This document shows, piece after piece, positions 48,810 to 56,908 of a stretch of DNA of 64,000 nucleotides. Location: contig SISS01000013.1 in assembly GCA_004332335.1 (NCBI GenBank), positions 2,804 through 66,803 on the forward strand, in the 5' to 3' direction. The notes under the pieces were generated by a model that saw only the letters and a program-made list of their open reading frames with translations, did not search any database and was not told where the DNA came from. This DNA is from Methanoregulaceae archaeon UXB-2016 (GTDB lineage: Archaea > Halobacteriota > Methanomicrobia > Methanomicrobiales > Methanospirillaceae). The position numbers and the translations under genes were made by a program. Positions within the stretch are counted from its first letter, which is position 1. Each line of letters opens with the position of its first letter.

Positions 48810-49670
48810 TCAGAGAACCTCTCCCCTGATCGAGATCGTGTGTTCGGTGACCGGGACCGTCCTGCCCGAGCGTTCGAGAGCCCGGTCGACCACGCGCCGG
48901 GTCCCGGTGCAGCAGGGCACCTCCATGTGCACGACCGTGATCGATCTGATCGTATGGAGCGTCAGGATCTCCGCGAGCTTGGCCACGTACTCGTCGATCT
49001 CCGCGTCCAGCTTCGGGCAGAAGATGATCACGATCCTGTCACGCAGGAACTCCTGGTGAAAGCCGGCGTAGGCAAACGGAACGCAGTCCGCCGTGATGAG
49101 GAGGTCGGCGTTGTCGAAGTACGGAGCGGCGGGGTTCAGGAGTTTGAGCTGGACCGGCCACTGGCGGAGCTCCGAGCTCGGCCGGTCCGCTCCCTGTGCA
49201 CCGCCGCCCGTACCCCGTTCGATCCGCTGTGCCGCCGCGCCCGGGCAGCCCGCAGACGGGCAGGCAGCAGCTGGAGCCGGAGCTCTGCTCGGAGGTGCCC
49301 GGGCCGGCGTGGCCAGGTGCTCGGGCACGGGGATGCCGTTCTCGTTCAGGAACTCGAGCGCCTGGCTGTACAGGGCGGTCTCCCCATGGCCGGCCAGGTG
49401 CTCGAGGTGCGCTCGGATGACGGCCTCGCCCTGCCGTACGATGTTCGCCATCACGGTCTTCTCGTTGTAGGGCTCCGCCTCCCGCTCGATGACGGCGATC
49501 GCTCCCTCCGGGCACGTCCCGAGGCATGCTCCGAGCCCGTCGCAGAAGAGATCGCTCACCAGCCGTGCCTTTCCGTCGAGGATCTGCAGCGCCCCCTCGG
49601 GGCAGTCGGGCACGCACTCTCCACAGCCCGTGCAGCGCTCTTCGTCGATCGTGATGATCTTCCGTTTCAT
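48810..49670 (-). CDS. 2x[4Fe-4S] ferredoxin-domain protein with a Cys-rich C-terminal extension
   Basis: CTGCGECVPDCP and CDGLGACLGTCP motifs. The C-terminal domain has ADCVPFAY..IIFCPKLD..MEVPCCTG. Confidence 0.75.
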   Translation of the reverse strand: MKRKIITIDEERCTGCGECVPDCPEGALQILDGKARLVSDLFCDGLGACLGTCPEGAIAVIEREAEPYNEKTVMANIVRQGEAVIRAHLEHLAGHGETALYSQALEFLNENGIPVPEHLATPARAPPSRAPAPAAACPSAGCPGAAAQRIERGTGGGAQGADRPSSELRQWPVQLKLLNPAAPYFDNADLLITADCVPFAYAGFHQEFLRDRIVIIFCPKLDAEIDEYVAKLAEILTLHTIRSITVVHMEVPCCTGTRRVVDRALERSGRTVPVTEHTISIRGEVL

Positions 49671-50081
49671 CCCAGTCCTCCCGGCGACCGCCTCTGCCCG
49701 ACACGGGTCCGTGCGGTATCATCTACCAGTTCGGATCACTATTTAACCCTGTTGAGGTCGAACCGGCTCGCGCCTCCCGTCACCGGGGACGAGACGCCCT
49801 CTCTCCCGGGAAGAGCCGATCGGCCGGCAACGAGCCGTTCGTCCAGGAGCCTCCGCCCCGGGGAAGGGCAGTCGCCTGAAGTGCGGAAACCCTCGGGAGA
49901 GGGACGCGACGGCTCTCGATGCGGAGCGGTCGCCCGGAGATTTTTTAAGAGTACCGGACCGAAGGGGGACCCATCCGGAGGAGGCGGGGCGGGGCGGTCC
50001 ACGCCTCCGCCCGAGCATTCGAAGGAGCGACCCCGGAACGGCCGGCCGACGAATCGCCGGGAGACCGGAGGAGTACGTACC

Positions 50082-50567
50082 ATGGCAGAACCAGACCAGG
50101 ATGGAACAGGAAAGGAGATGACCATCACCCGCCTTCTCTACGCACCGCCGCCCGTTGTGTTCAGGGCATGGACCGAGCCGGAGCGCATGGCGCAGTGGTG
50201 GGGCCCGAGGGGGTTCACAAACCCCGTCGTCGAGCTGGACGTGCGGTCCGGCGGCGCCATCCGGATCGATATGCGCGGACCCGACGGCACCGTCTATCCG
50301 ATGAGAGGCCTCTTTCGCGAGATCGTCGAGCCCGAGCGGCTCGTCTTCACTTCCACCGCCTTCGAGGACGCGGGAGGCAATCCCGGGCTCGAAAGCCTGA
50401 GCACCGTCACGTTCGAGGCGCTTGAAGGGAAGACGAAGCTCACGTGGCACGAAGCGGTCGTCAGGTCGAGCCCCGAAGCGGCTGCAGCGCTCGAAGGGAT
50501 GGAGGAGGGCTCGAGCCAGAGCCTGGAACGCCTCGACGAATACCTGGCCGGAGATAAGAGACCTTGA
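50082..50567 (+). CDS. SRPBCC / AHSA1 (Aha1-domain) family protein
   Basis: The start is ATG 50082, preceded by GGAGGAG. The sequence ITRLLYAPPPVVFRAWTEPERMAQWWGPRGF..TVTFEALEGKTKLT is typical of the family. Confidence 0.8.
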   Translation: MAEPDQDGTGKEMTITRLLYAPPPVVFRAWTEPERMAQWWGPRGFTNPVVELDVRSGGAIRIDMRGPDGTVYPMRGLFREIVEPERLVFTSTAFEDAGGNPGLESLSTVTFEALEGKTKLTWHEAVVRSSPEAAAALEGMEEGSSQSLERLDEYLAGDKRP

Positions 50568-51026
50568 CGCCACGGCGAAAAGGCAGAGGATCTTTCAATC
50601 GCCACAGCAGAAGACCAGGGGGTCGTGCTCGCGCGGGTCTTCGACTCACCGAGCGACCTCGTGTCCGGAGCGATCACGAATTCAGCCCTGACACCTGAAT
50701 GGTGGGGGTGAGAGCCTTAACGACCGTTGCCGACAGGATGGACGTGAGACCGGGCGCGCCAGGAGATATCTACAGCGCGGGTCGGACGGTGACGAGTCCG
50801 TCACGGCGTCTATCCCTAGATCATGCCGGCCGAACGGCTTGTCTACTCCTTCGGGTTGTGACATCCCGGGCCATGTGCGCACGAGACCGTGACGTTCGAG
50901 GAGGTATCCGTCCTTCTACCTGACGGTGATGACGGACACAGCGAACACGCGGCAAGAGCGCCCGGGATAGATCGTGCACGTCCGGCATGTCATCTGATTG
51001 ACGAGCACAGCAGCATTTTCTTCTAA
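50568..51026 (+). pseudogene. Decayed tandem copy of the SRPBCC/AHSA1 gene
   Basis: Family-like fragments are scattered over three frames with in-frame stops: VLARVFDSPSDLVSGAITNSALTPEWWG*, LTTVADRMDVRPGAPG, PAERLVYSFGL*..HETVTFEEVS, and YLTVMTDTANTRQERPG*. There is no start codon. Confidence 0.65.
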
Positions 51027-51096
51027 GGAGCGCAGGCTGCCGTGCCCCGCTGCTATCACCATTGTTAAGTAGGGGAACCATGATCAGACTCATCAT

Positions 51097-51978
51097 ATGA
51101 GATTTCGACTCACCGCGCTCGTCGTCATTTCCTTTATCCTGATGCTGAGCATCTGCGGATGCACGCAATTGGTATCCGACCGGCCGAGCACTACGCCATC
51201 GGTCACCCGTCAGCATTCCGAGCCGATTGTAATTCCCACGGTCCCTCTCCACTCCGGTCCGCCCGGAATGACCTGGTACCTGGTCTCTCTCCAGGACGGG
51301 AATGCGACGGTTCCCGTCATCCCGGACACGACGATCACGGCCTTCTTTGATGGACAGGGGACGATCGCCGGCACCGCCGGGTGCAACCAGTACAACGCTT
51401 CCTACACAAGCGGCCAGGACAACCTGACGGTCGGTCCTCCGACATCCACCAAGAAGTCCTGCGGATCGCCAGCGGGCGTCATGACCCAGGAGACGCTCTA
51501 CCTGGCAAAGATTCAGGAAGCCAGGGCGTATGCTGTTGACGAGACCCTCAAGCTCGTGAACGGACAGGGAGAGGTCATCCTGACCTACTCCACGGTCACG
51601 AATGGCACCACGGTTCCCGCGCCTCTAACCGCCACCACCTGGTACGTGCATTCGCTGGTCGATGCTGCCGGCCAGACCCACAGCCCATGGGGACTGACCA
51701 CAATCAGGCTGGTATTCGGTGAAGACGGCCATCTGTACGGCAATGCGGGCTGCAACAACCTCTACGGGCCGTATGAGAAGACCGGGGAGAACTCCATCAC
51801 CATCGGGGATGCGCAGACGACCAGGATATACTGCGGCATTGCCGGGGTCATGGAGCTGGAGAGCGCGGTTTTATCACTCCTCCCCCGCATGACCCGGTAT
51901 TCCATCTCAGGCGATACGCTTCGCCTTTCCGATGCAGAGGGGAAAGTGACGATAGACTGCGCGACGGCATCTCTTTAA
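51097..51978 (+). CDS. Lipoprotein with two tandem META (HslJ-like) domains
   Basis: The signal ends in a lipobox-like LSICGC. Two copies of W(Y)..S/L...G......I...F...G...G.AGCN.Y.(A/P)Y are present. Confidence 0.75.
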   Translation: MRFRLTALVVISFILMLSICGCTQLVSDRPSTTPSVTRQHSEPIVIPTVPLHSGPPGMTWYLVSLQDGNATVPVIPDTTITAFFDGQGTIAGTAGCNQYNASYTSGQDNLTVGPPTSTKKSCGSPAGVMTQETLYLAKIQEARAYAVDETLKLVNGQGEVILTYSTVTNGTTVPAPLTATTWYVHSLVDAAGQTHSPWGLTTIRLVFGEDGHLYGNAGCNNLYGPYEKTGENSITIGDAQTTRIYCGIAGVMELESAVLSLLPRMTRYSISGDTLRLSDAEGKVTIDCATASL

Positions 51979-51985
51979 ACGGCAG

Positions 51986-51998
51986 TTTTCCATTTTTT
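51986..51998 (+). terminator. Oligo-T tracts (T4 then T6) after the META gene
   Basis: GTTTTCCATTTTTTGG begins 8 nt after the stop. Confidence 0.4.
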
Positions 51999-52273
51999 GG
52001 ATACACGAAAGCCGTGATCTCCGCATGTGAAGCCAGCCCGGCGGCTCGTTCATTCTCGCCTAGGGTTCCCGTGTGCCAGGCTCCTTACGAGGTCCGCACC
52101 CATGTGCGCAATTCATGCCTCGATCAGTATAGCTATGGATTGGATTCCTGGTGACCTGCATGCACCTGATCCGTCGGAACGACTGCCCTGCCGGCGTAAA
52201 CAGGATCTTCATGGTCGAACGAGGACAGCCCCCAACACAAATACTAAATCCAATAAAGTGCTACTGACACCTC

Positions 52274-52711
52274 ATGAGACTCACGCCGTGGGTGGGAGCG
52301 CTGGCCGTGTTCGGGGTCCTCCTGATCGCCGCTCCCTGGACTTTTGCCCCAGTCTGTGAAGTGCATGGTGCGTTCGTACAGACAATGACGGGAAAACAGC
52401 TGCCGATGCCGTGCGGCTACACGGCGCGGGCAGAGGTCGGGGTAGGCGCACTGGTGCTGGTGGCCGCCGGGGCGCTCGCCTTTGGAAGATCTCCTGAAAC
52501 GAAGAGGACGGTCGGGGCCTTCGGGGTGGCGCTCGGTGCTCTCGCCATCCTGTTCTCGACCACCATCATCGGGATGTGCGCACTCGCCGACCATACCTGC
52601 AGGACGATGACGCAGCCGACACTGCTGATCCTCGGACTGGGAGTCATCGTCGTATCGGGGGCGGTCATCTACACGTCGGGACGGGAGGGTCCCTCGAGGA
52701 TTGAACCATAG
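52274..52711 (+). CDS. DUF4418-like four-TM, Cys-containing membrane protein
   Basis: 145 aa and four TM helices. Conserved-looking Cys residues occur in APVCEVHG, PMPCGYT, GMCALADHTC. The family assignment is from memory. Confidence 0.65.
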   Translation: MRLTPWVGALAVFGVLLIAAPWTFAPVCEVHGAFVQTMTGKQLPMPCGYTARAEVGVGALVLVAAGALAFGRSPETKRTVGAFGVALGALAILFSTTIIGMCALADHTCRTMTQPTLLILGLGVIVVSGAVIYTSGREGPSRIEP

Positions 52712-52793
52712 GGAGAATCATCGACCTGGAACTCGGGCGTGCTCCGCAGGACCCCTGCTCCTGCAGCGGTCAACCGTGGGAGAAGCCCATCTC

Positions 52794-52799
52794 TTTTTT
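52794..52799 (+). terminator. Oligo-T tract (T6) downstream of the DUF4418 gene
   Basis: The run CTCTTTTTTC lies in the convergent intergenic region. Confidence 0.3.
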
Positions 52800-52995
52800 C
52801 ATTAAATCGTGAAGGTCATCTCAGCAAGAGAATAGGAGATTGTCCGCTTCGAGAGGACACCCCAGGGACCCTTTCCGAAAGGAGCGGCCCGAATCGGCAT
52901 CGGGGCGTGCGCTGCCCTCCACTCTGTTCCGATCACACCGCAGGTCCGGGCTCGGAGATGACGCGGCCGACCCCGGTGCGGCGGTCACGGTCCTC

Positions 52996-54237
52996 CTATC
53001 CTGACCCCTGGCGGATTGCGTCGAAGGCATTCATCGTGCTGCTCCGATACGCCGGGTACACCGACGACAGGGTGGCCATCGCAATGATCACCAGGAGCGT
53101 CATGCCTGCAAATACCCCGATCTCCGCCACCGAGGGTATGCGGAACGAGACCTGCAGTGCACTGTTGAGGAAGCCGATCGCGTCCAGCACGGACAACAGA
53201 GCCAGGCTAGCACCAATTCCCGCGGCCGCCCCGAGCCCAGCGAGGACCAGCGATTCCGCCATCACCAGGAAGACGATGATCGGCCTCGTGGCACCCATCG
53301 ACCGGAGGAGCCCGATCTCCCGCCGGCGTTCGTGGGCGACCATCGCGGAGATCAGGGCAATGAGCGGGAAGGCAGCGATCAGCACAATGGCTGAGATCGT
53401 GTTGAGGATGCCCGGGAGACCCTGAAGGTTCTGCGCGATGGGATCCAGCGAAAAGTGTCTCCCAATGACGGTGACGTTTGCTGCCGAGCCGAGCTGATTG
53501 ATACGGGACTCGACCGCATCGCGGTCCGCCCCCGGAGCCACCCGCACCAGCCCTGCATTCACCCCTCCGACACCGATCCGGGGATCGTCGGGCGGGATGC
53601 TACCTTCAGCGGATGCGAGAGCATATGCATCGTCCATGGCGAGAAAGACGGCATGATCCATCTCCGACTGCGTTCGGTCGAGGACGCCGGCGATCGTGTA
53701 TGTTCGGCCGGCTATGGAGATGGTATCCTGGACTCCTGCCTGTATGTCGCGGCCGATCAGCACCGTCCCCGTGCCGAGCGGAGTGTCCAGCGGATCCTGC
53801 AGCCATGGCCGGATGGTGAAATCCGTCTCGGGATTGATGCCGTACACATTGATCGGCGATGACGAAAGGTCCGGGATGCTCACCGCCGTGACGAAGAGCT
53901 GTGCGCTCACTCCGGCCACGTCCTGCACCGTCCCGATCTCGTCCAGAATGTCGCTGTCGAACCGATAGGTCGACGGAAGAACGGCGACGATCGCCATGGT
54001 ATCGTCGGACCCCGCTCCAGGAAGGAGCTGGGTATATTCGGAAGGGACCACAAGAAGATCCGCTCCCATGCGGTTGACCCCCTGATCGACGCTTCCCACC
54101 TCGCCTGCGATAAGATACTGCCCGGTGAAGAGGTTCGCGGCGATCAACGCAAAACATAAGACTGCGGCTAGATTGCGGCCGGGTTTGTTCCGGATGCCCG
54201 CCACGATATACGCCAGATACTTCATCTCGGCAACCAC
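52996..54237 (-). CDS. ABC transporter permease, FtsX/MacB type
   Basis: 413 aa. The layout is TM1, a large extracytoplasmic domain, then three C-terminal TM helices (FtsX-like). GTG start 54237 with GAGGTG 5 nt upstream. Confidence 0.8.
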   Translation of the reverse strand: MVAEMKYLAYIVAGIRNKPGRNLAAVLCFALIAANLFTGQYLIAGEVGSVDQGVNRMGADLLVVPSEYTQLLPGAGSDDTMAIVAVLPSTYRFDSDILDEIGTVQDVAGVSAQLFVTAVSIPDLSSSPINVYGINPETDFTIRPWLQDPLDTPLGTGTVLIGRDIQAGVQDTISIAGRTYTIAGVLDRTQSEMDHAVFLAMDDAYALASAEGSIPPDDPRIGVGGVNAGLVRVAPGADRDAVESRINQLGSAANVTVIGRHFSLDPIAQNLQGLPGILNTISAIVLIAAFPLIALISAMVAHERRREIGLLRSMGATRPIIVFLVMAESLVLAGLGAAAGIGASLALLSVLDAIGFLNSALQVSFRIPSVAEIGVFAGMTLLVIIAMATLSSVYPAYRSSTMNAFDAIRQGSG

Positions 54238-54248
54238 GGTAACACCTC

Positions 54249-54956
54249 TTATCTCGAAAGGCTCACCGGAAGAGGAGCGCCCGAATGGAGGCCCGTCTGC
54301 TCCTCCAGCCTTCCCCGGTCCATCCTGAACATTCGCGTCGCGTACTCCACGAGGTCCGGATTATGCGTTACCATCACTATGGTCATCCCCTCGCGGTTCA
54401 GCTGACGGAACAACTGCATGATCTCGTTCTCGGTATCCACGTCCAGGTCGCCCGTCGGCTCGTCCGCGATGAGGAGGGACGGACTGTTGATCAGGGCCCG
54501 AGCGATCGCGATCCGCTTCATCTCTCCGCTCGATAGCGTGCCAGGATAGGTATCCGCACGCTCCGATAGCCCCACGGTCCTGATCAGTTCCATGGCCCTG
54601 GCCCGTGTACCCGCCTCCCCCTTGGAGAAGAGGGTGGGAACCATGACGTTCTGCAGGGCGGTCAGCGTGGGGAGCAGACCCGAGAACTGGAAGACGAATC
54701 CGATCTCCCTGGAGCGCAGCTCCGAGATGTCGTCGTCGGACAGGCTGCCGATATCCATTCCCCGTATCCGAATCGTACCGGACGACGGCCGGATGAGTCC
54801 GGCGAGCATGCCGAGGAGAGTGGATTTTCCGCTCCCCGAACGACCCACGATCAGGGCAAATTCCCCGGGTTTTATTGCGAGTTGTACATCGTCGACGGCC
54901 CGTACTTCTGCGTTGCCGCTCTGGAAGACCTTCGATGCGCCAGTAACTTCGATCAC
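54249..54956 (-). CDS. ABC transporter ATP-binding protein (MacB/LolD type)
   Basis: Walker A GRSGSGKST, signature LSSGEMKR, Walker B LLIADEPTGDLD. Confidence 0.9.
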   Translation of the reverse strand: MIEVTGASKVFQSGNAEVRAVDDVQLAIKPGEFALIVGRSGSGKSTLLGMLAGLIRPSSGTIRIRGMDIGSLSDDDISELRSREIGFVFQFSGLLPTLTALQNVMVPTLFSKGEAGTRARAMELIRTVGLSERADTYPGTLSSGEMKRIAIARALINSPSLLIADEPTGDLDVDTENEIMQLFRQLNREGMTIVMVTHNPDLVEYATRMFRMDRGRLEEQTGLHSGAPLPVSLSR

Positions 54957-56164
54957 GATTCTCCCTTCCGGATGGCCTCGTATGGCTCTGAACGGGTGAT
55001 TCTGTAGATGGGGTAGAGGGAGGAGACCCCGGCGATCCCTATCAGAAGGAGCAGGGCATCGCCCCCCTGGGCGAGGATAGTCAGGGGCGAGGGGATGAGG
55101 AACGGGATCTTCAGGGTTTGCGAGATGAGATCCTGATAGCTCATCAGGACCCCCACCGCCGCGCCGATTCCGAGGATGCCGCCGACGATCGCGAGCGAGA
55201 ACGACTCTGCAAGCATGAGTCCTGCCACGAACGAATTTTTCGCCCCGAGGGCCCGGAGGATGGAGACCTCTCTCCTTCGTTCATGGGTCACCATGGCGGC
55301 GAGCAACCCGAGCAGGGGCACGGACACGGCCGTCACTGCAATGGCCGAACCATAGAGAAGGCGCGTCACGGCATTCAGCTGTCCGGTGACGGCGTTGAGC
55401 AGTCCGTTGGGCAGGATGGTCTTCGTTCCCGGTACCTGCCTCTCGATCTCGGCCGCCACGCTCGCCGGAGAGATCTGGGGATCGACCCTTACGAGGACGA
55501 GGGAGACCATCCCTTCGGGGATCGTCAGTCTCTTAACCGCTTTCTTTCCGGACTCCTCTGCCATCACGTAGGCGTCCTCAGAGCGGACGAAGACCGAGTT
55601 GTCGACACCCATGCCGGTCTGCTGGAGCTGCCCGACGACATAGTAGGTGTGGCCGAAGAACATGAGGTCTTTCCCGATGTCCTGGACCACGGCGCTTCCG
55701 ATGATCATATCGTCTTTGCCCAGCGTGATCCCGGGGTTCTCCTTCAGCCACGTGGATACCGTGAAGTCCCGCTCGGGGTCGATGGCGATCATCTGAACGG
55801 GGGCGGCACAGCAGGACGCGTGCAGTGTCGCAAGGTAGATCTGGGGACTGGTCTTCGCCACCCCGGGGATCCGCGAGATCGTATCGACGCTGGACCCATC
55901 GAGGAAGAACGTGGAAGGTTCCCCGGTGAGAATGACGGTCTGGCCCGCATGTGCGTACTCGGTGGGAACGACAAGGATGTCGGCCCCCATCCGCGAGATC
56001 CCGGCATCCAGACTCTGCTGAGCCCCGCTCATCAGGTACTGGGACGAGAAGAACGTGGAGGCGATGATCGCGAAGGCAAAGATCGTGGCCAGGCTCCGGA
56101 ACGGCCGGTTCCTCAGGTTCTGCTCCACCAGCCGGAAGAACCGGAACTCTGATGCGCTGTTCAT
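54953..56164 (-). CDS. ABC transporter permease, FtsX/MacB type
   Basis: Same architecture as 52996..54237. I place the start at ATG 56164 (MNSASEF..), which sits directly behind GGGGGAGGAGAT. The ORF extends to 56203. Confidence 0.8.
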   Translation of the reverse strand: MNSASEFRFFRLVEQNLRNRPFRSLATIFAFAIIASTFFSSQYLMSGAQQSLDAGISRMGADILVVPTEYAHAGQTVILTGEPSTFFLDGSSVDTISRIPGVAKTSPQIYLATLHASCCAAPVQMIAIDPERDFTVSTWLKENPGITLGKDDMIIGSAVVQDIGKDLMFFGHTYYVVGQLQQTGMGVDNSVFVRSEDAYVMAEESGKKAVKRLTIPEGMVSLVLVRVDPQISPASVAAEIERQVPGTKTILPNGLLNAVTGQLNAVTRLLYGSAIAVTAVSVPLLGLLAAMVTHERRREVSILRALGAKNSFVAGLMLAESFSLAIVGGILGIGAAVGVLMSYQDLISQTLKIPFLIPSPLTILAQGGDALLLLIGIAGVSSLYPIYRITRSEPYEAIRKGES

Positions 56165-56908
56165 ATCTCCTCCCCCGATGAGCGATGATGAACGCAATTC
56201 CATCCATCAGGTAAACGGATCATATCCCTCTCCTGCGGGCCGTCACCGGCATCGGCAACGTTCCCGTCGAATCGTCGGGCCCTCCGGCACGTCGTCCTTT
56301 GATGATCTCTGTCCGGGAACATCGACGGACCGCGAATCCTGCGGAGATACCGCAGAAGATACGTTCAAAGATCTTCATACGGCCTGTCCCCGTTCCGTTC
56401 TCGAGAGATGCGGCCTCTCCAGCTTTCATCGGATGATCCCCCAACCGGTTGCAGACCGGACCCTTCGATCCCGGACAGGTACGATGGTCCCGACACGGAT
56501 AAGCCAGCCATTCCAGGGGCGAACCGAGGAGACCCAATCACTGTCACCGTCATTTCCAACCCCTGCTTACTTTTCCAATAATAAAAACATTGCCCGGTTT
56601 CTCCCCTTCAAAGACCGATGAGGACGAAGTAGGTTGAGTCCTGGCCCATCCCATCGGCGATTTTCGAAAAAAAACGTGGAATACTTTTATTAATAAGAAA
56701 TGCCATCAATGGCCAAGGGGATACTCGTGCAGCCCTCAATGGTCACTTCAGCACATATTGTGTTGTTGATCCCAGAAGTGACTATCACAACAGCACGTAT
56801 TCCCGACAATCTAACTCAAAGACCTGTGTTATGCCCGGGATTCGTCTTCTGAGCCACGGGCCGCACGACTTCGGACTCTCGATTGGTAAACAAAAGAGGT
56901 TGAAAAAG

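Noticed and set aside
49671-50081. Whether the structured GC-rich spacer is SRP (7S) RNA, RNase P RNA or a known riboswitch.
   Set aside because: I looked for GAGGAAAGUCC and ACAGAA (RNase P), for the helix-8 GGAA/AGCA context and Alu-domain UGUAA (SRP), and for Moco-like motifs, on both strands. None is present convincingly and the segment is too short. It is kept only as an unclassified ncRNA candidate.
52060-52212. A 50-codon minus-strand ORF (MKILFTPAGQSFRRIRCMQV...) in the META-DUF4418 spacer.
   Set aside because: It has no ribosome-binding site, no recognisable family and poor codon pattern. It is probably chance or a gene remnant.
56220-56559. ORFs upstream of the ABC permease (56220..56537 and 56365..56559, minus strand).
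   Set aside because: They are Arg/Gly-rich and have no motifs. The frame that couples to the permease start is interrupted by an in-frame TGA. At best this is a decayed gene.
56614-56630. The hammerhead-ribozyme-like string CCGAUGAGGACGAAGU.
   Set aside because: The first core position is C rather than U. Stem II would be only about one base pair. No plausible stems I/III or cleavage-site triplet are present.
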